Positions 52,413 to 63,500 are shown, counted from the stretch's first letter. The stretch: 64,000 bases of DNA from Basidiobolus meristosporus CBS 931.73 (GCA_002104905.1 MCFE01000027.1:165761-229760), one strand, 5' to 3'. Program-made: numbers and translations. Notes: a model not told the origin generated them from the sequence alone.

Positions 52413-55383
52413 TTAAGTTGATAATTGATGCTCAGTTGGAGGCAATGTGAGTGCATCTTCGTAAATTCGTTTTTGTTCATCTAGGTGCTTTACATAAATA
52501 CCATTTGCAGGGGCGGCACATGTGCTCCTTCCAACATATCGAAGTTGACGTTGGGCTGGGAGGATTTGATTGAATCTTGATTCCATAAAGAACCATGCCC
52601 CGCCATTTTGGGTTTCTTCTTGACACCACACAAACTCGCAAGCCTCGGAATACTTTGATATTTCCTCCTCCAAATCATCCTTGGGAAACGGGGAGAATTC
52701 TTCCACTCTTACTAGAGCTATCATGTCTGACAAACCTCTCTTGGACCTTTCCTCTAGCAATTCATAGTATAGTTTCCCAGAGACGAATATCACTCGGCGT
52801 ACCATAAGTCTATTGGCCTCGGTATCCGGGATCACTGGTTGGAACGAAGTGCCTGGTGCAAAGTCATCTAGATCAGACACTGCCTTTGGTATACGTGTGA
52901 GCCTTTTTGGGCCAACAACAATCAGAGGTTTGCGGAAATTCCGCTTCATTTGACGGCGTAGGACGTGGAAGTATTGAGCGGGCGTAGAGCAATTGACAAC
53001 ATGCCAGTTGACATTGTTGCTAATGTTTGGATCGGTCACATTGAACCGGTCACTGGAGAGTTGGAGGAAGCGCTCTATGCGACAGGAGGTATGCTCAGGA
53101 CCCGCTCCTTCATAACCATGGGGGAGTACGAGGACTAATCCCGATTGTCGTAGCCACTTCTCTTCCCCCCCTGAGATGAAACTGTCGATCACCTCTTGTG
53201 CGGAGTTGAAAAAATCCCCAAGTTGAGCCTCCCATATGTTTAATCGATTTGGTGTCTCCAAGGACATACCGTACTCATAACTCATCACTGCCAACTCTCC
53301 AAGTGGGCTGTCCACTAGCTCTAGCTTTCCTTGAGAAGAGGAGAGAGTGTTCAGAGGAGTGTGCTTGGTATTGGTCTTTTGGCAGTTAATCATGGCGTGC
53401 CTAGGAATAAATACGCCACGTGCCACGTCCTGGCCGCAAATACGAGCGTTATATCCTTCAAGAAGGAGTGAGCCAATAGCCATGGCTTCAGCAGCAGCGT
53501 ATCCAATGTGTTTTCCTTCCTCCATTTGCGCCAAGCGGGGCTCAATATTGAGCTTTTTCATCTTTTCATTCAAGACAAGATCTTTCGCCACTGTGACCGA
53601 CTGTACTCCGATTTTACGCAGAAGATTAGGCTCCACTCCAGTATCCATCTTGCAAATAGTCTGCAGTGGAACAGTCATCGACTTCCATTTCCCAAGCATA
53701 TGGGTCGGTTGGACCTTATACTTTGGTGCGTTACGATAGCAGCTCATGATGTGAACGTCATGCTTCGCCTTTATATCAGCCATGACTTGAGTGGAATCGA
53801 TCATTTTCTCTTGTACCAGTTGCGAGGTGTATAGGTCGATCACACTGTTGTGCGTCTTGATCTCCTTGTACATTAAGGGTTGTGCGCAAAATGGATCCTC
53901 TGCTTCGTGATGCCCATGGCGACGATATGTGATCATGTCTATGATGATATCCTTTCCAAAGGTTTTGCGGTAGTCGACCGCAATTCGTCCAGCAATTGCC
54001 GCTAGTTCGGGGTAATCACCGTTTACGTGGATGACGGGGGTCTCTACGACTTTACCAATATCTGACGAATATCTGGTTGACCGCCCATTCGTAGAGTCGG
54101 TGGTGACGCTGACTTGATTGTTGAGTACGATGTGAACAGTCCCTCCAGTAGTAAAGTGTGGGAGATTGGTTAAACCAAATGTTTCAGTGACCACTCCTTG
54201 ACCGGTGAAGCCACCATCGCCATGCATCTGAACGCTCATCACCATATCTTCCACTTTATAGTCGTCTGTTTCCTGGGATAAATAGTCTTCCTGTTTGGCT
54301 CGTACCTTGCCAAGCGCAACAGGGTTAACAAGTTCCAAGTGGCAGGGGTTAGGAACTACAGACACGTGCAGCGGACGTTTCCCACCCAGGTTCAGGTCTA
54401 CGGAGGCTTGGGAGTTATAGACAAGGTCCCCAATTATGTGAGAGGGTGTCTCCTCTGGAAACTCGGAGAGCCCTTGGAATTTCCGGAACAATGAGTCCTT
54501 GGGCACACCCAGCAACTCCATCATGATCTGCATACGGCAGCGATGTGTCAAGCACATCACGACTTCCAACACTCCGTATTTGCTGGACAGCTCCAAAACC
54601 TGCTGCAGGGCAACAATCGCGCTTTCTGAACCTTCAAGACTGAACTGCTTTTGGTGGCCACACTCACGCATCATGAAATGATCAAAAGTCTCCGATTTTG
54701 TGATCAACTCCAAGAATTTGGACTTTTCTTCCTTGGAGAATCTGATATCATTGTAGGTTTCCGCTTGACGGGCAAACCACTTTCGTAAGTGATCATCCTG
54801 GAATCGAAAATTAGCGAGGCTCACAACAAAGCGCAGTGTATACAACTTACTGCTATGTGCATAAACTCGAATGATATATGGCCACAGTAAGTGTGCTCCA
54901 AGTGATCGATGATCTGGGCAAGTGTTGCACGCTTAAGCCCTTTCATCTCCAAAACACCTGAGAGGGCGGTTAGTGCGTGTATAAATAAAGATGTCAAGCA
55001 GTCTATACCTTCAAGGTAGTATACAGTATCCGGATTGACCAAGCCATACATGGCCGGGTTTAAGGATGGCTCACGACTGAATGTGCTTCTTGTTAGTTAC
55101 CGCTTTTTTGATTACAAGAGGATTGAACATACTCTTGGCGCCACATATCCAATGGATCAATCTTGGCACACTTATGGCCGTAGGTGCGATATGCCTCTAC
55201 CAACCGGACGAGATTGCTATTTTGAATTCTGTTTGCTCTTTCACGGGCTGTGACTAGGGTGAGGTGGTAAGTTTTGGTGATCAAGTTGTGTGCATCAATA
55301 GTCTCCTTACACTCTTGCACTGAAGCCTTCCTTATGCCCCGAACTCCGTAGAAGGATGATCCGCTAAGCTTGGAGATGGTCAT
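52413..55383 (-). CDS. 2-oxoacid dehydrogenase E1, DHTKD1/OGDH-like, divergent (short 5' exons plus one 2.4-kb exon; start uncertain)
   Basis: LEGSES, HLELVNPVALGKVRAKQ, ThDP motif HGDG..GQGVVTET..NNQ, LPHGYEGAGPEHTSCRIERFLQ, RQMKRNFRKPLIV, WCQEE..N.GAW. Confidence 0.9.
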
Positions 55384-55758
55384 GATTGTTTGTAACTGAA
55401 GTTTGATGTTCTTACTCTGGTGCGTTGCTCAGCTTTTATCCTGAGGTGGGCTTGCATTCACAACTCTCTCATAGGACGCATGAATATACTCACCGTTCGA
55501 AAAGTAAATATTCAAGCGTTGTAATGATATATTGATTGATGTGGCCTTGCTTGTGCGTTATAGGATGCATGATATATGTTTCTAGCTAAGCCTATCATTG
55601 ATTATGAAGGCTTCATCATGGATCCCAGCCCTTGAGACACATCATATCTTCTGGGGAATTCTTAGCATATTTGCCAGTCACGACTATTTACAACTTTCTA
55701 CCTGCCTATCGCAGCTGACACAATGCAGCCAAGGCTTGTCAGTAAATCCTTCAATATG

Positions 55759-55808
55759 ATATGTCAGGTCAGCAAATGAATGAATATGTCAGGTCAGCAA
55801 ATGAATGA
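55759..55808. repeat. 25-bp tandem duplication
   Basis: ATATGTCAGGTCAGCAAATGAATGA twice. Confidence 0.8.
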
Positions 55809-56942
55809 TCTAGGTTAAAATTGTGCAATGCGTTACTGATCCGCAAATTGCTCAAGAGTAACAACTACTATATCAATCTGCGATTACTACAAATAATCGG
55901 ATTCATGATATTGTAACTGAACTAGGGAATTGGTGAGATTTTTCCTCTACTAGCTAAATTGTGCTAATCACCTCTCGTTTAAAAATATCTACTGAAATTT
56001 ATTTCTGGGATGATAAGCTTCACATGGGTATAGATGAGCACTGGTGGTGACGCATCACATGTGACAGTTTATTCTGAAAGTAAACTTCACCTTGAGAGGA
56101 GACGTTGTTATGATTTTAATCATAGCTGGTCATTACCGATCATTTCAACACTACTGATCGATCACTTTGAAATCGCACACTGACGATCAATCACTCTCAA
56201 TGATAACACATTATTTGATACATCCCGGACCCTCCTTTGGGAAGCTTGCCCTTCTAACCATTATCAATAAAGTATCAAACTTTCACCAGTTTACCAACCC
56301 TCCAGATATCTTCTCCGAATCTTGTTGAATAACCTATTTTTTTTTCTTCACTTATCTTTGATTTACAACTCGTCATTGTTACGTACTTAAAGAGTAATGT
56401 CCTTTAGAGAGTACGAAAAGGGATAACGTGTATGTTATCTTGTAGATTCGACGGGGTAGTGTAAGAGTATCTCTTTAAAAGGTTGGGGTGGTGACTTTGT
56501 AGAAATATATTCAAGCTAATATTCGTTCCTACTACGCTTTTCTGCCTATAACCAAAAACTCCCTTTTTATTTAGTTGCTTGTTTGGTATTTATACCTTAT
56601 TGTGAGTCTGGTGATTTGTCTTTGATTTGCTTTTCCCTGGCTACTAAGTCGTCTTTGTATGCGTTGATGTCACTTAACATCGAGTGACTCTTTACTCTGT
56701 AACATGTTATGAAAGTCTGAATCCCGACCGGAACAAGCAGTAAGTTGTCACATATAGAGATGCGTCAACACCAAAAATCATCAAAGATGATCAAAGACAG
56801 ATGGGCTAAAGTAAGACAAGTTGTATGCAAATGATCGAGAAATGTATAAAAAGTAGATCCTACGCTAAAATAAAGGATAGACCTTGTTACACCAAACAGA
56901 AGGACAGGAACTGCCCTGGATTTCATAACAAATATCATCCTT

Positions 56943-57014
56943 GGCTCAATGGTCTAGTAGTATGATTCCTCGTTCGGGTCGAGGAGGTCCCGGGTTCAAT
57001 TCCCGGTTGAGCCC
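56943..57014 (+). tRNA. tRNA-Pro(CGG)
   Basis: Cloverleaf: GGCTCAA/TTGAGCC acceptor stem, CCTCG-TTCGGGT-CGAGG anticodon arm, CCGGG-TTCAATT-CCCGG T arm; D-loop has A at position 18. Confidence 0.9.
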
Positions 57015-58099
57015 AATGTTTTGCAGATCTTATCAAGCCTATTATATCCGGAGTTTATCACAACTGAAGACCTATAAATTTCAAGCACAACATGGAACCA
57101 ACGACAACTTGTGGCTTCCTGAGGTATTGCCACTAGACAAATGAAGGCTACACCTCCTACAACATAGTCAATGGATATTGTTCAGTTTACTAGGGAAATG
57201 TGTAACTACTTACCGGAATGTGTTGGTGGCCAATGCCTCTCAATCTCCAAACTAGCACAGGGTTATATTCTTTCAGACTCTAGGAGGGTAGGCTTTACAA
57301 AACAAATCAGCGCTGATATAGAGCTGTACATGATGAGCAATACTCATCGACTTACTCACTAGCCTTGTGTCTTCATTTCTCTTTGCCACAAAAATTATCA
57401 TGAATTATTTCTGAAAACATGCTTTAACAAACTGGTTTTGATACTTCCTCCCGCAAGTTTAGTTATGCCGTAATGACTGATCGAATAGGTTGGAAAAAGC
57501 GACATCGGTTACGCTCAATCACATCAATAATTACTATCCGTCAGGAATCCTGTATAACCAAAGCATCACTCTTTGCAGTTATTAAAGAACGGGAAGGATT
57601 ATTTCTTACTTACCATACTAAGCATTGGCTACTCAATCGTGATTACACTATGCTGACAAGTACAACTGAGCGGCACACGAGTTGTAGTGCTCAGTCCATG
57701 CATCGATGGCTGGCCACAGCATCAAAGTAATTTATTGGAAGCTTTAAGAATAGAGTTGATACGCTATCAAGTACAATCATACCTGTTTGAGAGATTTCAT
57801 ATTTCTAGACGAGTCCCTTTTTATCAATTGATCCTCGGAATGAGCTTCGTATATGATTACATTTCACATGGCTTAAGGTTAATAATATAAGCCTATGCTT
57901 CAAAAGCTCCTGGTACTGGAGATGTTGCTTACTATTTCTTGATTGGAGTTTATAATGCCGCTTAGCCAATGTACAGACAGCACATCTGGACTCCTGTTTC
58001 TTGCTTGGTGTAAACGTATTTCATCAATGATTACATCATCACTGCTCTGCAGCACAACAGAGGCGCGGACTGCACCAAGGTATAGATATTTATGGTTTA

Positions 58100-58550
58100 T
58101 TTACCTATACTGCATACGCCCTGACCATTGTACACTACCTAACATTAATATTGTAGTCAGAGAGCCACTTCCTACACAGTAGTATATTATTCATAGTGAC
58201 TCAGAAGTTGATTACGCAATACTGTCCTTGTGGTAACTTGGTGAGCTGGGTCTTGTGGTAATGAAACACCGGGATTGGTGTCGAAGTCCTCTGTATGTTC
58301 TCTTTTGAAGTGCACATTATGTTGGGTCAAGTTTATCCACCAGATATGTGTGAGTTTATAAGCAAATCTGATATGTTTCAGAATACTCGATTAAGTTAGA
58401 TCTAGGATCTCCGGGTGGAGGCATCGATGCAGATGGATGCGTGTGCATTATTAACAGATATGTCTATTCCAATTATAATGGCAAAATCTACCCAGTTGCA
58501 AGGCTTAACATTACCTACCACCGTTACCACCGCCACCACCATGAATGATA
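58100..58550 (+). pseudogene. Possible decayed trypsin-like serine peptidase remnant
   Basis: Interrupted frames read ..DHC.., SDSEVDYAIL and DLGSPGGGIDADGCVCI in catalytic-triad order, with several stops. Confidence 0.22.
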
Positions 58551-58787
58551 ATGAGGATGTGCGTCAACAGTAGTGCATCGTTACCGTATTTAGTTTTGTT
58601 CTCGTGCACAAACTAATTAATTGAGGATCGCTATTCATCAACACTATAACGTTGAATGCAGAGTCCCATGTGCGAATATTTTGCGCCCAAAAGCAATTCG
58701 GTGCTCCAAAAACTTCAGAAATCGAAGTGCATATAAAAATGACCCTTGACGTGCCCAATTGGCATATCAACAACAGCAAAGCAAGCC

Positions 58788-60155
58788 ATGTACCTTTCAT
58801 CTTTAGCATTCATCTCTACCGCACTCATCAGTGCTATCTCCGCTCAGAATGTATTCTATGGCAGCTTTGTTCACTCGATCAATGCCACTTCTTTGGAGCA
58901 TGTCACCAATGGAGTCATCGCCGTTGACAAGAGTGGTAAGATCGTGCAGGTGGAGAGTAATGTCAATGAGAGCCAGGCCAAACAGATCGCCAGCAAGTAT
59001 GGTGTTAGCCTATTCCCACTTGGCAGCCAGAAGTTCCTCATGCCAGGCTTGATTGACACCCATATCCATGCTCCACAGTATGTGTTCACTGGCTCTGGTA
59101 TGGACTTACAGCTACTTGACTGGCTGAACACATTCACCTTCCCTCGTGAGTCCCGATTCAACAACACCAACTATGCCAAGAATGCCTACGGTAAGGTCGT
59201 GGACCGAGTGATCCGAAGCGGTACCACAGCGGCCAGCTACTACGCTACCATCCACCTGGATGCCTCCAAGGCGCTTGCGGATATTGTGGAAGCTAAGGGC
59301 CAGCGTGCGTTTGTTGGAAAGGTCAATATGGATCGAAACTCACCTGACTACCTTATCGAGACCACTGCTCAGAGTCTCAAGGACACCGAGGCATTCATCC
59401 AATACGTTCTCGGGAAGAAGAACTCTCGGATCACCCCCATCGTCACCCCCCGCTTCGTTCCATCATGCACAAGCGAGTTGATGAAGGGTCTCAGCGGCTT
59501 AGCAACCAAGTACAACGTTCCTATCCAGTCGCATCTTGATGAAAATCTTGATGAGATTGCCTGGGTCAAGGAGCTTCACCCTGACCAACCAGACTACGCC
59601 TCAGTCTACGATTCCCACGGGCTATTGACCAATCGTTCGATCATGGCTCATGTGGTGTACCCGACAGACGCTGAGCGTCAATTATTGAAGAAACGAGGAG
59701 CCGGTATCTCCCACTGTCCTAACTCCAACTTGAGTCTTCGCAGTGGCATCGCCAAGATCCGTCAAATGATGACTGAAGGTCAGAAGGTTGGCCTTGGTAC
59801 TGATGTCTCTGGAGGCTACAGCCCATCCATCCTCAACAACATTCGCAATGGCTACTTTTCCGCCATCGCCCGTAGCTTTGACCATCCCGAGGACAAGTAC
59901 CTCCAACTAGCCGAAGTATTCTACCTAGCCACCCTTGGTGGGGCTGATGTTATGGGTATGAGAAATACCCTTGGCAACTTTGTGGTTGGAAAACAGTTCG
60001 ACGCATTGATCATTGACCCTGTCTCCAGCGGATCCCCCATCGATTTGTTTGATCATGATGATATCAAGACCACCTTTGAGAAGTTTATCAACAATGGAGA
60101 TGATCGTAATATTGTCCAAGTGTTTGTCGATGGCAAGTCCATTCATCGCATCTAA
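58788..60155 (+). CDS. Guanine deaminase (amidohydrolase) with N-terminal signal peptide, intronless
   Basis: PGLIDTHIHAPQY, TFPRE, GTTAASYYATIH, VTPRF, QSHLDE, MAH, HCPNSN and GLGTDVSGG motifs; N-terminus MYLSSLAFISTALISAISA-Q. Confidence 0.93.
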   Translation: MYLSSLAFISTALISAISAQNVFYGSFVHSINATSLEHVTNGVIAVDKSGKIVQVESNVNESQAKQIASKYGVSLFPLGSQKFLMPGLIDTHIHAPQYVFTGSGMDLQLLDWLNTFTFPRESRFNNTNYAKNAYGKVVDRVIRSGTTAASYYATIHLDASKALADIVEAKGQRAFVGKVNMDRNSPDYLIETTAQSLKDTEAFIQYVLGKKNSRITPIVTPRFVPSCTSELMKGLSGLATKYNVPIQSHLDENLDEIAWVKELHPDQPDYASVYDSHGLLTNRSIMAHVVYPTDAERQLLKKRGAGISHCPNSNLSLRSGIAKIRQMMTEGQKVGLGTDVSGGYSPSILNNIRNGYFSAIARSFDHPEDKYLQLAEVFYLATLGGADVMGMRNTLGNFVVGKQFDALIIDPVSSGSPIDLFDHDDIKTTFEKFINNGDDRNIVQVFVDGKSIHRI

Positions 60156-60157
60156 AT

Positions 60158-60240
60158 GGTCAAGTTGTTAGCATGTTTAAAGTAAATCAACGACAAGTCA
60201 AGTTATTAGCATGTTTAAACTAAATAAACAACTAAAGTCT
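60158..60240. repeat. ~38-bp tandem duplication just after the guanine deaminase stop
   Basis: GTCAAGTT(G/A)TTAGCATGTTTAAA(G/C)TAAAT twice. Confidence 0.75.
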
Positions 60241-61083
60241 GGATAAAAATTAATCGACTTAGTTGCTATGGTAGAAATCAATCATTGGCATTGCCAATCT
60301 ATGCTGTTACGGCAGTCAATTGTTTTAAAGAAGTCACTGGAAAGAGCTATTGTTAATGCTCATATAATCCAAATAATAGGGAAGAGAAGTGCTTGATTTT
60401 GCATAAGGCTGCTTTACAAGCTTTATCCAAGGAGTCTAACACACTCTATGCTGAATAGGTGTGTTGTATCCAAGAGAAAAGTGTAATATACTCTTGAATG
60501 AGTTAACTGAACCTAAGTGACAACTAAGTGCAGAATCTTAGAATTGTTAAGAGTGACAGAAATATTAGCAGAGAAGTTCTGGTCTAATATTGGTCTTGTT
60601 TACAGCTGAGTTGGGCTATAAAGGCAACAGAGTTGGTTTGCTATGCAGGCTAGGCTTGGTGTTCTTGGGAGTGCTAGATATACTAGGCTTGGGTAGAAAC
60701 TAGAATGGAATTGTTGAATTCTTAATTTTGCTGAGGCACAATCTTAATTTTGTTGAGACACACACTAAACCAAAAGGCTCAGTAAGCTTTATTATTATTT
60801 TTCTGATCAAGTTGAATTAGTAAGTACCAAGAGACTGGACTATATGAAATCTGTTAGGGTGTTTATAGGTGCATAAGATAAATGAGAAGTTGTATCATTA
60901 ATCAGCTGATGTCTTGGCTACTGCTAAGTGGTTGGATAGATTTCAGATGACTAATCACTTGGAAAGGCTTAGCAGATCAGCTGAGGATGGAATGACCACA
61001 TGAAAATTGATCAGGTGTGACAGCTAAAAATAGATTCTGAGAAGTAATAAAACAAACCATAACTGGGATTAGTTTTGTTTGGG

Positions 61084-61127
61084 TTAGGGAAAATCAGTTA
61101 GGGTACTAGATATTCTTAGGGTTAGGG
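61084..61127 (+). repeat. Interstitial telomere-like repeats
   Basis: TTAGGG at 61084, 61098 and tandem at 61116-61127. Confidence 0.8.
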
Positions 61128-61208
61128 GTGGGAGGGAAAGTCACCAAGTTGGTGAAATCTTTATTTGAGTTATGAACTAATCTAAGTACAAATAAAGAAG
61201 CCAATTAA
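61128..61208 (-). repeat. Element 3'-terminal motif, copy A
   Basis: Plus strand GGGAGGGAAAGTCACCAAGTTGGTGAAATCTTTATT; contains the TCACCA/TGGTGA hairpin and, on the minus strand, AATAAA. Confidence 0.85.
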
Positions 61209-61354
61209 GAGGTCTAAAACCTCTCTAATAAGTAATCTAATTTATGTTTTGTTTCATCTCTAATGTTTGTTTCAATAAAGTAAAGCTCATCAGGGGTAAA
61301 TATAAAATTCAGGGGTTTTGGGGGAAGTACAAATTGTAGATGTTTCTGATCAAT

Positions 61355-63001
61355 TTAATCCAAGACTGGAGCCCAGCCTGGGATTAGGTGTAGTAGGAAA
61401 GGTGTGTGGACTTGTAAGTAGCTCTGCCACATAGATCTTAGATGGTCCTGAGCCAGTAGTCTTGGTTTCTCTGCTTTTTGAAGTTTTGAAGCAAGCTCTG
61501 TTACTACAGCAGAGCCAACCAGGGTGTGCCAGCAAGAAGATTTCAGGGAGGAGTTAGTTTGAAGCCATTGTTTGATGGAGGGGTTATGTGATTTCTGAAG
61601 TTTGACTAGGAAGGAAGCACGGAGATAGATCATTTGGATTTGGTATGGGTAGAACCCAAAGGCTCCATTAGTTGCATGGATATAGGGAGATACTGGAAGA
61701 TAAGGTACCAAGGATCTGATACACTGATGGAGAAATTTATCCAGGCGGTGAAGCTCTCTGGAGGTTAGGGGTATAATGTGGAGACCAAATTCAAGTACCA
61801 GCAGTACATACTGCTTCAGAAGTATAGGGATCTTTTGAATTGGAGTGTCTGGAGTGACTACTACCAGAAGCTTTTTGAGAGCCTGTTGGGCAAGACGGAT
61901 CCTATTATTCAGGTGGAGCTTTGAGTCAATCCCATGTTGACAAAATGGCAGACCTAGATATATTGCAGTTTGTTGTGGCAGAATGCTAGTGTTCTGTATA
62001 GTTGTAGTGCACCCAATTGGGACTGTCTTGGAAATTGAGAGTGAGAGGTTGTTGGCAGCCAAGTACTTCTCAATGATGGCAGTGTCTGCTATGGGATTAG
62101 GAGTAGCAATCTTGATATCATCCGCATAGAGAGTTAGTAGTGGATAGGGAGAGTCTGGTGAGGGGCCTTTTGGAAATAAAGGAAAGTTGTGTAGGAATAT
62201 CACAAATAGTAAGGGACCTAGTACAGATCCTTGGACTACTCCATTTGGAACCTCATAAGTCTCTGATGTGCAACTTGGATGCAAAATTTTGGCTGAGTTC
62301 TCACAAAATAGAGAACATACAAGAAGGGTCATTGGTAGTGTGGTAACTGCTAATAGCTTTCTCCAAAGCAGAGCTCTGTCCACAGAGTCAAAGGCTTTAG
62401 TAATGTCAAACAGGATGGTTGGCAATGAGAATTGAAGTGAATGATCATGGCTTAGCACTACAGCCATATCCAAGGAGAGTTTGGGCAAGAAGGCAAACTG
62501 AGAAGGATGGAATGAATATAGTTGAGATTGCAAGGATCTTGCTATTATAAGCTCAAAGATTTTCTGGCAGGTTGGTAGGAGTGAAACTGGCCGGTAAGAA
62601 CCTGGGAGTGAGTGTTTCCCCTTCCCTTTGTATAAGGGTATTACATTTGCCTGTGACCAGGCCTTTGGGGTAGTCAATTGTTGGGCACAGATAGAGTAGA
62701 ATGGGATAAGTAAGTGCCTCATTTTGGAGTAGCACACCCGGAGTAGATTGTAGGTAATCAAGTCATGTCCAGGTGCCATATTTGCAGGAAGCTTTGCTGA
62801 AATCAAAATTGGAGATGTTGGACTGCTGGATATGTTACCAGTATGGTAGAAAGGAGGAGTGGGATGCACGGATGAATCAAAGAATATAGGGGCCAGTTTG
62901 TCTGGTGATGGTATACTCCTTGCTTGGGGTCTCATGGCTTTGTATACTCTTGATATGGACCTTGTGGTGGCATTCATATTTACTAAGGGCAAGGTATCCA
63001 T
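61355..63001 (-). CDS. Non-LTR (LINE-type) reverse transcriptase, no endonuclease recognised
   Basis: APGHDLI, VIPLYKGKG, YRPVSLL..KIFELII, QFAF, FDITKAFDSVD, GVVQGSVLGPLLFVIF, LYADDI, YLGL; 548 uninterrupted codons; frame stays open upstream to ~63214 without an ATG. Confidence 0.95.
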   Translation of the reverse strand: MDTLPLVNMNATTRSISRVYKAMRPQARSIPSPDKLAPIFFDSSVHPTPPFYHTGNISSSPTSPILISAKLPANMAPGHDLITYNLLRVCYSKMRHLLIPFYSICAQQLTTPKAWSQANVIPLYKGKGKHSLPGSYRPVSLLPTCQKIFELIIARSLQSQLYSFHPSQFAFLPKLSLDMAVVLSHDHSLQFSLPTILFDITKAFDSVDRALLWRKLLAVTTLPMTLLVCSLFCENSAKILHPSCTSETYEVPNGVVQGSVLGPLLFVIFLHNFPLFPKGPSPDSPYPLLTLYADDIKIATPNPIADTAIIEKYLAANNLSLSISKTVPIGCTTTIQNTSILPQQTAIYLGLPFCQHGIDSKLHLNNRIRLAQQALKKLLVVVTPDTPIQKIPILLKQYVLLVLEFGLHIIPLTSRELHRLDKFLHQCIRSLVPYLPVSPYIHATNGAFGFYPYQIQMIYLRASFLVKLQKSHNPSIKQWLQTNSSLKSSCWHTLVGSAVVTELASKLQKAEKPRLLAQDHLRSMWQSYLQVHTPFLLHLIPGWAPVLD

Positions 63002-63204
63002 GATATGAGCCCATAATCTAGTATGCTCAGTGATCTGTAGTGACTTGGAGTAGGAGATTGCGCTTTCCAGGAGGTTCTGTGTTTTTGGGTTAGGGAAACA
63101 TAGGTAGCTGGAATTTAAGGCAGAAATGATGTATTTCCATTTAAGTTGGTTTGCAGATGGCTTTTGGTAGGACTTGGTGGGCAGGGCCAGACAGCCAGTG
63201 ATTA

Positions 63205-63337
63205 GGGGGGAGGAAAGTCACCAAGTGGTGAAATCTTTATTTACTTATGACAAGTAGGGTTAGGTAGGGGGGAGGAAAGTCACCAAGTGGTGAAATCTTT
63301 ATTTACTTATGACAAGTATTTAAAGAAGCCAAGTTAA
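63205..63337 (-). repeat. Element 3'-terminal motif, copies B (63205-63256) and C (63266-63337), in tandem
   Basis: GGGGGAGGAAAGTCACCAAGTGGTGAAATCTTTATTTACTTATGACAAGTA twice, separated by GGGTTAGGT; homologous to 61128-61208. Confidence 0.9.
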
Positions 63338-63346
63338 TCTGAAGTA

Positions 63347-63500
63347 ATTCCTAGAAAGCTAGGTCTGAGAGATATCTTCCTGGTAAGCCAGGTCTGAGAG
63401 TTGAGAAGCTGAGTGGTACTATATTTCCTAGTTAGCTAGGTCTGAGAGAGGTTTCCTGGAAAGCCAGGCCTGAGAAGTGAGAATCTGAGTATATCTGAGG
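63347..63500. repeat. Two 77-bp imperfect tandem repeats
   Basis: AGCTAGGTCTGAGAGA..TTCCTGG.AAGCCAGG.CTGAGA..TGAGAA.CTGAGT starting at 63357 and 63434. Confidence 0.8.

Noticed and set aside
61261-61345. Hammerhead-like CTGATGA...GAAA on the minus strand in the element's 3' UTR
   Set aside because: A 5-bp stem III and a GUA site can be drawn, but stems I and II do not base-pair, so a ribozyme is not supported
61355-63001. Penelope-like (Coprina/Athena) or telomerase RT identity
   Set aside because: The motifs (YRPVSLL, FDITKAFD, QGSVLGPLLF, YADD) are LINE-type, not PLE or TERT type
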